Source: Candidatus Omnitrophota bacterium
GTDB taxonomy: Bacteria > Omnitrophota > Gorgyraeia > Duberdicusellales > 4484-171
Assembly (NCBI GenBank): GCA_037146775.1
Contig: JBAWWL010000002.1
Coordinates: 134,554-198,553 of the forward strand
Direction of reading: 5' to 3'
Length of the DNA stretch: 64,000 nucleotides
The notes under the pieces were generated by a model that saw only the letters and a list, made by a program, of their open reading frames with translations, made no database searches and was not told the DNA's origin. Positions within the stretch are counted from its first letter, which is position 1. Each line of letters opens with the position of its first letter. A program made the position numbers and the translations under genes. This document shows, piece by piece, positions 29,851-38,094 of this stretch.

Positions 29851-30714
29851 ATGAAAATCGCTGCATATAACGTGGAGCTTTTTGACCAGGAGCGCGTGCC
29901 TACCGAGAGTAGCGCTTTTCGTCTTCTCAAGCAAACGCCGATCGCAAGGGACATAACGTATCTAGCGGTTCCCTGGTCGATTGCGATTAATCGAAATAAA
30001 TTGTCCGAATTTGCTTTTGAGAAATCAGGCCGGGGTTTTACGATTTGTCAGCATCTGGCTTATGAAAAAATCATCCCCCTTTTGAAACGGATAAAAATCA
30101 ATGTTTTGTTTACGCCGCATGTAAGGAAAACATATTGGGGGATTAAAGTCATGCCTTTCCCTCATTATGCGGTCAACGGAATCGGCCCTGCTGAAAAAAA
30201 ACATATTTTTTACAATTTTATTGGCATAGACAGCACCACGCAAATAAGTTCTTCTTTGCGAAGGCGCCTATTTCAAATGCGCCACCCAGCGGATGCGGTT
30301 GTTATTGAAAGGGAATTTTGGCATTGGGATCGAGAAATGTGGGGCAGAGATGTTTCGGAGAAAACTCAGCAGCAGGAAAAAGAGGAATACCAAGATATTC
30401 TGGCCCATTCAAGATTCTCTTTGTGTCCGCGCGGCGCAGGTGCGAGCACAATCCGTTTTTGGGAGTCGCTTCAGGCTGGTGCGATTCCTGTTTTGTTGTC
30501 GGACGCGATGCGGCTGCCTGAAGGCATAAAATGGGACGAGTGCATTGTGCGTATCAAGGAAAAACATGTAGAGCGGATAACTGATGTTTTAAAGCAAATC
30601 TCAACCACACAGGAATCTTACATGCGGAAAAAATGTGTGGAGGCATACCGCTTGTTTTCCGGTGCAAACCTTGTAAGCAATATTCGTCGTTTTTATCGCG
30701 ATACTGCCAGGTAA
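29851..30714 (+). CDS. exostosin (GT47) family protein
   Basis: SRFSLCPRGAGASTIRFWESLQAGAIPVLLSD. Confidence 0.88.
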   Translation: MKIAAYNVELFDQERVPTESSAFRLLKQTPIARDITYLAVPWSIAINRNKLSEFAFEKSGRGFTICQHLAYEKIIPLLKRIKINVLFTPHVRKTYWGIKVMPFPHYAVNGIGPAEKKHIFYNFIGIDSTTQISSSLRRRLFQMRHPADAVVIEREFWHWDREMWGRDVSEKTQQQEKEEYQDILAHSRFSLCPRGAGASTIRFWESLQAGAIPVLLSDAMRLPEGIKWDECIVRIKEKHVERITDVLKQISTTQESYMRKKCVEAYRLFSGANLVSNIRRFYRDTAR

Positions 30715-30720
30715 AGACAT

Positions 30721-31911
30721 ATGTCCAAGAAAATAAAATTATTGCTGATCTCTACTGCGCAACTGCGCGGAGGGGCGGAGGAGTATCTTTTGATGATCGG
30801 TAGATATGCCGCGCAGCGGGGATGGGATGTCCATCTGACCATCGAGAAAGTACCTGGCACTACGCAGCTATTGGCTGATTTTTCAAAAGAAGGAATAATT
30901 TGTCATCACACAAAAATAAGCGACATTACCTGCAGGATTACAAAAAAATACGGAATACTTCGCCAAAGCATCATTACTTCTTTTATTTTACTGAAAGTGC
31001 GTCCGGATATTATTTTGGTTAATATGCCGGGGTGGACTACATCTTTGGGGGTTCTTCTTGCCTGTGCGGTATTAAAAATACCTACGTTGGCTACCTTTCA
31101 TCTATTTCCTTGGCAATGTAAATTTGGCAGGAAGAGGATAAAATTATACCAGTGGTTTTTAACCAGAAACCAAAAGTGGGTAGCGGTATCAGAAAATAAT
31201 AGAAAATATATTTCTGAGACGTTTGAAGTTGATAAGAATGCGATAAGTATGATTTATAATGGCGTAAAAGAGGCTGATCTTTCGGATGTTGCAATGTGCC
31301 GTAAGAGCGTTCGCGAAGAACTGAAATTGCAACAGGATGATTACATGATTTTGACTGTTGCCAGGTTAGACGCCCCAAAGGGGTATCAGGATATGATTCC
31401 GGTTGTTAAACAGTTGAGCGAAGCGAATAGACAAGTCAAATTCGTCTGGGTGGGCGAAGGCCAGGACCGGGATGTATTGACCGAAATGGTCCGATATCAC
31501 GGTCTCAATGACCACGTTATTTTTTTAGGTTATCGTTGCGATGTATACCGTTTAATGAAGGCGTCTGACCTTTTTCTTTTTCCTTCTCACGCCGAAGGGT
31601 TTGGGTTGGTCTTGGTTGAAGCTATGGCGTGCGGATTATCGATAGTCTCTTCGGATACAAGCTCTATTCCTGAATTAATACAAGATGGAGTACATGGCAG
31701 GCTCTTCCGGGTTGGTGATTGTTTTGCCATGCTTGATAGCATCCGGTTAGCAATGTCCGATCTTGATGCGACACGCAAAATGGCACAAAATGCCCGGTTT
31801 AGGAGTCAAGATTTCTTGGAGGATCGATGTGTAAAGAAAACTCTAGATCTTATGGAAGAGCTTCTGATAGCTGTGTCCGGAAACAGTCGGTTATGTTGCA
31901 GAAAAGAATAG
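30721..31911 (+). CDS. GT4-family glycosyltransferase
   Basis: GGAE, VARL..PKG and EGFGLVLVEAMACG motifs. Confidence 0.93.
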   Translation: MSKKIKLLLISTAQLRGGAEEYLLMIGRYAAQRGWDVHLTIEKVPGTTQLLADFSKEGIICHHTKISDITCRITKKYGILRQSIITSFILLKVRPDIILVNMPGWTTSLGVLLACAVLKIPTLATFHLFPWQCKFGRKRIKLYQWFLTRNQKWVAVSENNRKYISETFEVDKNAISMIYNGVKEADLSDVAMCRKSVREELKLQQDDYMILTVARLDAPKGYQDMIPVVKQLSEANRQVKFVWVGEGQDRDVLTEMVRYHGLNDHVIFLGYRCDVYRLMKASDLFLFPSHAEGFGLVLVEAMACGLSIVSSDTSSIPELIQDGVHGRLFRVGDCFAMLDSIRLAMSDLDATRKMAQNARFRSQDFLEDRCVKKTLDLMEELLIAVSGNSRLCCRKE

Positions 31912-31953
31912 AGAAGTGGCGGCGAAAATAAAGAGATCAGCAAGGAGGAAGAA

Positions 31954-32832
31954 ATGAAGAACTTTATATTTGCTTCAATCCTTTTAGGCACTTGTTTGTT
32001 CCTTTCTTCTTGTGTAACCTGTATTCTTGACAAAAATGCTACGGAACTTCAGAAGTTCTATTTTCAATTAAATCAAAATAGCGAGATGTTAAAAAACAAA
32101 AGCCTTAACGAAGTTGATCCTCAATTCTGGCAAAAAGCAAAGACGATATCGGTGCATATCATTTACAATGATTTCTTAATGAGTATGGTGCGTGGCAACG
32201 TCGACGCATTTTCTACAGTCAAGACAGCAGCGCTTGGTGGAGTTCTCCCTGTTTTGATCACGGGACCGGAGCGGCTTAGTAATGATGTAGCATTCCAGGA
32301 TAAGATCACCAATTTTACTCATTCGTATAATTGGCAGGCTAAAGATTATTTTATTGAGATTCTTAAACAGGAAATTAATTTGCCCAAAGAAGCAAATATA
32401 TCTTTTGTGACCGGAGAAGAAGAAACATTCCCTTCCATAAAAACTTCTGATAAAGATATTATTATTACGCTTAACTTGATGATGATAGGAAACCAGACAG
32501 GTTGGGGGGAGCCCAAAGCGCCTTTAACAGCAATGGCTGGAGTGACTATGGCTTCGGGAGAAACAATACAAAACTTTATCAAAAAATATAATGGCTTGCC
32601 TCTTTCTGTGGGGCCCTTTAGCTTTGTTCCCGATAAAGTACAATTATATTCCGAGTTGAGAAGGGTAAAAATATATCCGGACATGTATATGGGGAGTATT
32701 ACTAAACATACAGAATCTTTCGGCAAGAGTAAGTGGATATCACAAAATGGCGCATTTCTGGAGCAGCAGCTTAAGGATGTTTTTAGGGATTTAGCAAAAG
32801 CAACCGCCCAACTGATAAAAAAGAGTCAATAA
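31954..32832 (+). CDS. putative lipoprotein
   Basis: GGAGG RBS; lipobox LSSC. Confidence 0.7.
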   Translation: MKNFIFASILLGTCLFLSSCVTCILDKNATELQKFYFQLNQNSEMLKNKSLNEVDPQFWQKAKTISVHIIYNDFLMSMVRGNVDAFSTVKTAALGGVLPVLITGPERLSNDVAFQDKITNFTHSYNWQAKDYFIEILKQEINLPKEANISFVTGEEETFPSIKTSDKDIIITLNLMMIGNQTGWGEPKAPLTAMAGVTMASGETIQNFIKKYNGLPLSVGPFSFVPDKVQLYSELRRVKIYPDMYMGSITKHTESFGKSKWISQNGAFLEQQLKDVFRDLAKATAQLIKKSQ

Positions 32833-32997
32833 GAAGCGCCTGGCACAAGAATTATGTACGACCTTTTAAGTTAAATAAAAAAGAGCTTTTTAAGTAATAA
32901 TTTTATTGTTATCAGCGTAAAGACTGATTAATAGCCGAACGAGATGACGGTGCGTTTTCGTGCATCGCATGTATAATATTTATATCGTATGATGTCA

Positions 32998-33110
32998 TGT
33001 TAAAAGGATTATACTTTGTCGTTTATGCAATGTGAGTTTATAATTTTTTCTGTAAACAGGGGAAAGGTTTTCTTTTAGTTCATAGGAAAGGGTTTCCATT
33101 GTTTTGAATT
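32998..33110 (+). promoter_or_regulatory. repeated promoter-hairpin module, copy H
   Basis: TTGTCG(33016)-N17-TATAAT(33039); TGTAAA; GAAAGGTTTTCTTTTAGTTCA. Confidence 0.65.
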
Positions 33111-33141
33111 CCGGGGATATAGAACTAAATAATAAAAAAGA

Positions 33142-33666
33142 ATGAATTTAAGACAGAAAATATTCCGCGAATTTAAAACGTACTGGGCAAACGTATTGTA
33201 CATAACTTTATTTTTTAGTGTTTTCGCTGATTACCGGAGATTGATACTCGCACACTATCAAATCATCTATGAGGATTACGGGATTAGTTTGATCAAGGCA
33301 CTGGTGTTAGCCAAGGTTATTCTGGTGGCAGAACATTTGCACCTCGGAAAGGGATTTGAAGATAAACCTTTGTTTATCCCCACGATATATAAGTCGTTCT
33401 TATTTACTGTGTGCGTTGCGATTTTAAGCGTAATCGAGGCTATAATCATTGGTTTTCTGAAGGCAGAGGGTTTTACCGGAGTGCCAAGTATGTTTATGAG
33501 ATGTTTTTCGTATGAATGGTTTGCCGGCACGCTGGTGGTATTTGCCTCGTTTATTCCGTTTTTTGCGATCAGGGAATTAGATAGGGTGTTGGGAAAGGGG
33601 AAAATAAGCGGGCTTTTTTTTCGAAGAAGCCCGGACGCCGGTTCAGATCTTTCCAAGCATACATAA
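33142..33666 (+). CDS. conserved hypothetical membrane protein
   Basis: Four TM segments; ALVLAKVILV and FIPFFAIREL motifs. Confidence 0.8.
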   Translation: MNLRQKIFREFKTYWANVLYITLFFSVFADYRRLILAHYQIIYEDYGISLIKALVLAKVILVAEHLHLGKGFEDKPLFIPTIYKSFLFTVCVAILSVIEAIIIGFLKAEGFTGVPSMFMRCFSYEWFAGTLVVFASFIPFFAIRELDRVLGKGKISGLFFRRSPDAGSDLSKHT

Positions 33667-33768
33667 TATTGGTTGGTTCGCAGTGGAAGGTAAGACGGAA
33701 ATGCATATTGGAGGAATCGTTTATCGTTGCTCGTAAAAATTGCGGGGCATAAGGAAGAGAGGGCAGGC

Positions 33769-33797
33769 TTGACAAGGACAGAATAATATGTTACATT
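33769..33797 (+). promoter_or_regulatory. sigma70 promoter of the sigma-factor gene
   Basis: TTGACA-N17-TACATT with extended TG. Confidence 0.65.
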
Positions 33798-33836
33798 TTA
33801 ATTGAATTTGGACACAAAGTTTTGTGTTAGCAAAAG

Positions 33837-33957
33837 GTACAATGGCGTTCGCAAGAACGCTTTTCTTATTTTTAAGCCTTAGTAACACCTAAGTAGATTA
33901 GAACAACGGCGTTCTGTGCCACCAAGAGAGTGGTGCGGGACGCCGTTTCTGTTTTTT
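33837..33957 (+). promoter_or_regulatory. two tandem ANTAR-type hairpin/terminator attenuators
   Basis: GTAC-AATGGC-GTTC and GAAC-AACGGC-GTTC, each overlapping the 5' arm of a stem + T-run terminator. Confidence 0.65.
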
Positions 33958-34010
33958 AACCAAAAGATACGCGCTTTGCAGACATTTTTTAGTTAGAGTA
34001 TTGGTGCGAT

Positions 34011-34523
34011 ATGGATTTTAGAATATTGTTAGAAAAAATTACACCCGCGCTTAAATTTATTGCGCGTAAGCACCTATTTTATAGCTATTACAGCGAAGAT
34101 GACCTCTACCAAGAAATGTGTCTTTATCTCTGGCAGCATTATGGAGGGGGCCTGCCTATAGGTATAAATGAGGCGTATGCGATTAAGGGATGTGAGTTCC
34201 ATATCCAGAACTTTCTACGTAAAGGCCGGCCTAAAGCAATAATTTCCAGTCTTGATGAGCTTATAAATCCCGGAGGTTTAACTTTAGGTGATATCCTTGA
34301 AGATAAAAAGGCAGATTTTCGTTCGCGCATTGATGGCCAGGTCACTATCGATGAAATAGCTAATATTGGCTTAAGCGATAAAGAAAAGTCTGTACTTTCT
34401 TATTTAATTAAAGGATATACGGTGCGCGAGATTGCGAAAGAACTCGAAGTTTCCCATGTGATGGTGCTAAAACACAAAAAAAATATCATCAAGAAATGGC
34501 GTAAGAAAAATTACCGTCAATAA
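34011..34523 (+). CDS. alternative sigma70-family factor (ECF/SigH-like, regions 2 and 4 only)
   Basis: SEDDLYQE region-2 motif; C-terminal HTH GYTVREIAKELEVSH. Confidence 0.85.
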   Translation: MDFRILLEKITPALKFIARKHLFYSYYSEDDLYQEMCLYLWQHYGGGLPIGINEAYAIKGCEFHIQNFLRKGRPKAIISSLDELINPGGLTLGDILEDKKADFRSRIDGQVTIDEIANIGLSDKEKSVLSYLIKGYTVREIAKELEVSHVMVLKHKKNIIKKWRKKNYRQ

Positions 34524-34584
34524 CTTGAATTCAGTCCAAGCCCGCCAGTTAAATCAAAAAAGTTTCTTTATTCTCTCCAATTAA

Positions 34585-34612
34585 GGTTACCAAGATAGGT
34601 ATTTTTTTACTT
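34585..34612 (+). promoter_or_regulatory. alternative-sigma promoter candidate for amt-PII
   Basis: GGTTACC-N16-TACTT; same motif and spacing at 37804. Confidence 0.65.
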
Positions 34613-34682
34613 GTATTAGTGTAGAGTCAGGGGGTGTACTATAAAAACATTTTTATAAAGAGTGCAACGTTAAAGAGACACT

Positions 34683-34843
34683 TTAACCGAAAAAATGCTA
34701 CAACATTTTTTCGGTAATACCTCGACGTTATCTGAAATTTGCCCCCTAAATTGTAAAGAAAATTAAGGGTAAATTTCAGCGTCGACCCCTGCGCTACGCG
34801 CGTGGCAAAAAATGCATTTTTCTAAATGTATTTTTTGGGTTAA
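34683..34843. mobile_element. MITE-like structured insert bounded by TTAA
   Basis: Ends TTAACCGAAAAAATGC / GTATTTTTTGGGTTAA (14/16 inverted match); internal hairpins. Confidence 0.45.
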
Positions 34844-34890
34844 GACGAAGGCGTCTTGTAAATTCAGAGAAAGAATTGAAGGCGCCTTTT
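34842..34890 (+). promoter_or_regulatory. ANTAR-type hairpin/terminator upstream of amt
   Basis: AAGAC-GAAGGC-GTCTT overlapping AAGGCGTC..GGCGCCTTTT. Confidence 0.6.
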
Positions 34891-34964
34891 ATATTTATAG
34901 GCACAGATAGTGTCAAAAGTTTTATGAAAAATATTAATAAAAGCATTGATTCGTAAAAGTATGT

Positions 34965-35105
34965 TAAACTTTAAACCCGAAACACTAAACTCTAAACAAA
35001 CTCAAAACCATAAACTCAAAACACAAAACATTATAGAGTCTTGGATTTTGAGTTTTGAACATTTGGATTTATTTAGGATTTAAGGTTTAGGGTTTAGAGT
35101 TTTAA
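34965..35105. repeat. inverted heptamer-repeat hairpin (CTAAACT-like / TTTAGAG-like)
   Basis: A-rich 7-mers followed by complementary T-rich 7-mers; similar to 45095-45232. Confidence 0.8.
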
Positions 35106-35140
35106 AAATTCAAGAGATATTTTTAAAGAGGGGGTTAACT

Positions 35141-36367
35141 ATGAATACAGGCGATACGGCATGGGTGTTAATTTGTGCGGCATTGGTTATGCTGATGACC
35201 CCAGGTTTAGCTTTTTTCTATGGGGGAATGGTGCGCCGGAAAAACATACTTGGGGTTTTGATGCAATGTTTTATTGTTCTATGTGCGCTTAGCATCCAAT
35301 GGGTTTTATTCGGCTACAGCCTTTCTTTTCATCCCGGCCAAGGCTTTTGGGGAGGTTTTGGCTGGTTTGCTTTAAACGGTGTAGGATTGGAGCCATATCC
35401 GGATTATGCCGCAACCATTCCACATCAAGCTTTTATGATTTATCAGGCGATGTTTGCCATAATCACTCCAGCCTTAATCATTGGTGCTTTTGCCGAAAGA
35501 ATGAAATTTTCCGCATTCTTAATTTTTGCAGTGTTATGGGCAACATTTGTCTATGATCCACTTTGTCATTGGGTATGGGGTGTTGGTGGGTGGCTAAGGA
35601 ATCTAGGGGCGCTTGACTTTGCCGGAGGAACAGTTGTTCATATTAACGCTGGCATAGCTGCTCTCGTAACAGCTTTAATCATCGGTAAAAGAAAAAATTT
35701 AGATTCCAATTTACCCGCACCACATAATTTGCCCTTTATTGTACTGGGGACAAGTTTGCTTTGGTTTGGTTGGTTTGGATTTAACGCAGGAAGTGCGCTG
35801 GCGGCAAATGGTTTAGCCGTGAACGCGTTTGTAGTCACTAATACCGCAGCTGCTGCTGCGGGGCTAACATGGGCGTTATTAGAATGGTTACGCAATGGAA
35901 AGCCAACAATGTTTGGCGTAGTAAGTGGTGCGGTGGCAGGTTTAGTTGCGATAACGCCGGCTGCAGGATTCGTCAGTGTATTACCTGCAATAGTAATGGG
36001 GTTGTCGGTGAGTGTATTTTGTTTTACCGCTGTCAGTGTTATTAAGCCAAGATTTGGCTATGATGATTCTCTAGATGCTTTTGGTGTGCATTGTGTGGGC
36101 GGAATTTGGGGGGCGCTGGCTACCGGCCTATTTGCATCCAAGGCGGTAAATCCGGCTGCTGCGGATGGTTTATTGTTTGGAAATCCAAAGCAATTTTTGG
36201 TCCAATTAGTTACAGTTTTGGTAACGATTGTGTATGCTTCCGCAGCTACTTTTATCATTTATAAATTAGTTGATTTATTTATTGGTGTGCGTGTCAGCGA
36301 TAAAGATGAGCTTATGGGCCTTGACCTTACCCAGCATCATGAAAGAGCGTATACGGTATTGGAGTAA
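35141..36367 (+). CDS. amtB: ammonium transporter
   Basis: MTPGLAFFYGG, DFAGGTVVH, LWFGWFGFNAGS and DDSLDAFGVH motifs. Confidence 0.97.
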   Translation: MNTGDTAWVLICAALVMLMTPGLAFFYGGMVRRKNILGVLMQCFIVLCALSIQWVLFGYSLSFHPGQGFWGGFGWFALNGVGLEPYPDYAATIPHQAFMIYQAMFAIITPALIIGAFAERMKFSAFLIFAVLWATFVYDPLCHWVWGVGGWLRNLGALDFAGGTVVHINAGIAALVTALIIGKRKNLDSNLPAPHNLPFIVLGTSLLWFGWFGFNAGSALAANGLAVNAFVVTNTAAAAAGLTWALLEWLRNGKPTMFGVVSGAVAGLVAITPAAGFVSVLPAIVMGLSVSVFCFTAVSVIKPRFGYDDSLDAFGVHCVGGIWGALATGLFASKAVNPAAADGLLFGNPKQFLVQLVTVLVTIVYASAATFIIYKLVDLFIGVRVSDKDELMGLDLTQHHERAYTVLE

Positions 36368-36368
36368 A

Positions 36369-36445
36369 GTGATTCCAGTGATTATGCGATGATTACAGTG
36401 ATTAAAAAACACTGTAATCTTTATCGAATCACTGTAATCAATGTA
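36369..36445. repeat. inverted short-repeat hairpin (GTGATTACA/TGTAATCA)
   Basis: Repeated 9-mer-like units then their complements, between amt and PII. Confidence 0.65.
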
Positions 36446-36468
36446 TATAAAAAAGAAAAGGAGCAGCT

Positions 36469-36810
36469 ATGAAACTAATAATTGCTATAATTCAACCTTA
36501 TAAACTTGAAGAAGTAAAAGAAGAGCTTTATAAGCAAGAAGTAAATTTGATTACGGTAAGCGAGGTGCTTGGGCATGGCCGGCAAAAAGGAATAACTGAA
36601 TTTTATCGTGGCACAAAAGAAACAGGCAATCTCTTACGTAAAATCCGTCTTGAAATCGCGGTAAACGAAAATTTTGTTGAACCGACCATAAAAGCGATCA
36701 TTAAAGGCGCCAAGACCGGAGAAACCGGTGATGGGAAGATATTTGTTTTGGACCTTAAAGAGTGCGTTCGTATTCGTACCGAAGAGCGCGGTTCTGTGGC
36801 TATAGGATAA
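36469..36810 (+). CDS. glnK: PII nitrogen regulatory protein
   Basis: GHGRQKG, YRG and GDGKIFV..VRIRTEE motifs; adjacent to amt. Confidence 0.93.
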   Translation: MKLIIAIIQPYKLEEVKEELYKQEVNLITVSEVLGHGRQKGITEFYRGTKETGNLLRKIRLEIAVNENFVEPTIKAIIKGAKTGETGDGKIFVLDLKECVRIRTEERGSVAIG

Positions 36811-36834
36811 ACGCGATAAATATAAAGAGTTACT

Positions 36835-37626
36835 ATGCTTAAATTTTTTATAATTTTTATCAGCACATTATTAGTACCATATCTATTTGTTCTCGCAACT
36901 CCTACGACGCATATCTGGGCTCCTTCTACCGACATCCAACCTTACGGGAAGACGCATCTAACTGCTGATACGTATATTCCTGTTAAAAGCAAAGATCATA
37001 ATGATAATAAGCTTTACGTACAACAGGTTTATGGATTGACTTTTAGCCTATTGTCAGATAAGCCCCAAGATAATCTTTTAGGTAAATTGTTTCCTTATTT
37101 AGATCAAGTGATGGCCGAGACAGGTTTTGACTATAAAAAAGGTTTGGGGCATGCTCTAGACAAGTGGCCGGTTTATTTTAATTTTAAATGCGCTGTACCT
37201 GAAGGCGCGTATTTTAAGTATATGCCGGCATTTGCCATGGGTGCTTATGATATGGGTTATAAACATAATTATACCAATAATAATCTTTGGTATTTTAAGA
37301 CTGCAAAAACATTATCTATGGGGAAATTAAATTTAGGAAGGTTATCTGCGGGATATTTTAATGGTAATGGCAGGACTTTACGTGATAAAAACGGTGAGAG
37401 AGATAATTCCGGGCCAATGTTTGCCTGGGAAAGGGTGATGTCAGAAATAAACGAAAGACTTTGGATCTGCGTAGATTATCAAGGCACACAATCTTCTTAC
37501 GGTGCAATGAATTACGGTTTTTCTTGGAAATTTACAAATAATGTTTCTACTATTGTTGGCTATGAGATATATAACAATCCGAATTTAAAAAATACGGTGA
37601 CAGTTCAATTGGATGTCGATTTTTAA
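36835..37626 (+). CDS. putative outer-membrane beta-barrel protein
   Basis: Signal peptide; amphipathic strands; C-terminal QLDVDF. Confidence 0.65.
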   Translation: MLKFFIIFISTLLVPYLFVLATPTTHIWAPSTDIQPYGKTHLTADTYIPVKSKDHNDNKLYVQQVYGLTFSLLSDKPQDNLLGKLFPYLDQVMAETGFDYKKGLGHALDKWPVYFNFKCAVPEGAYFKYMPAFAMGAYDMGYKHNYTNNNLWYFKTAKTLSMGKLNLGRLSAGYFNGNGRTLRDKNGERDNSGPMFAWERVMSEINERLWICVDYQGTQSSYGAMNYGFSWKFTNNVSTIVGYEIYNNPNLKNTVTVQLDVDF

Positions 37627-37803
37627 TATATGAATTAGAAGGGGGTAAATAAGCCAATGCATGATAATTTTACCAGCTTTCTTGACCCGATTGCAAAAGT
37701 CTGGGATAACCAACAGGTGTTATCTCAGATAGTATCTTCACCGAAAGCCAAATTAGCTAATAAAATCAGTAAGAAAAAGACTAAGAAAAAAAATTCAAAA
37801 AAA

Positions 37804-37831
37804 GGTTACCAAGCAGGTATCTTTTTTACTT
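37804..37831 (+). promoter_or_regulatory. alternative-sigma promoter candidate for glnA
   Basis: GGTTACC-N16-TACTT, as at 34585. Confidence 0.65.
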
Positions 37832-37870
37832 ATATATAGAGAAGGCTCAGAGTGTGAATACGGGAAGTAT

Positions 37871-37922
37871 TAAAACAAGGGTGTTTTAATGCCAAGAAGG
37901 GTTAAAACACCCTTTTTGTTTT
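37871..37922 (+). promoter_or_regulatory. ANTAR-type hairpin/terminator upstream of glnA
   Basis: TAAAAC-AAGGGT-GTTTTA overlapping the AAGGGTGTTTTAA/TTAAAACACCCTT terminator + T run. Confidence 0.65.
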
Positions 37923-37973
37923 GTAATTTGTAGATGACTTATGTGGAATGGGGATTTGGAAAAATAATGTTAT

Positions 37974-38051
37974 ATCCCTCGCGCCTATATATCGTATAAA
38001 TTTTCCCGCTTGCTTCGCGAGCAAAAAAATTTATACGAAGCGCTTCGGGAT
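37974..38051 (-). repeat. 78-bp REP-like hairpin element, related to 11485-11562
   Basis: Reverse complement ATCCCG..TAAATTT..GCTCGCGAAGCAAGC..AAATTTA..TATATAG..GGGAT. Confidence 0.6.
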
Positions 38052-38094
38052 TAAATTTTTATACCTTTAGTATAAAAATTTAAGGAGGTTTCAA

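Noticed and set aside
296-33141. Classical integron with attC sites
   Set aside because: No intI gene, and no consistent RYYYAAC...GTTRRRY-bounded palindromes after the stop codons; the recurring element is promoter-like instead.
37657-37839. 60-aa ORF before glnA
   Set aside because: Lys-rich low-complexity tail overlaps the promoter candidate at 37804; no recognisable family, although an RBS-like sequence is present.
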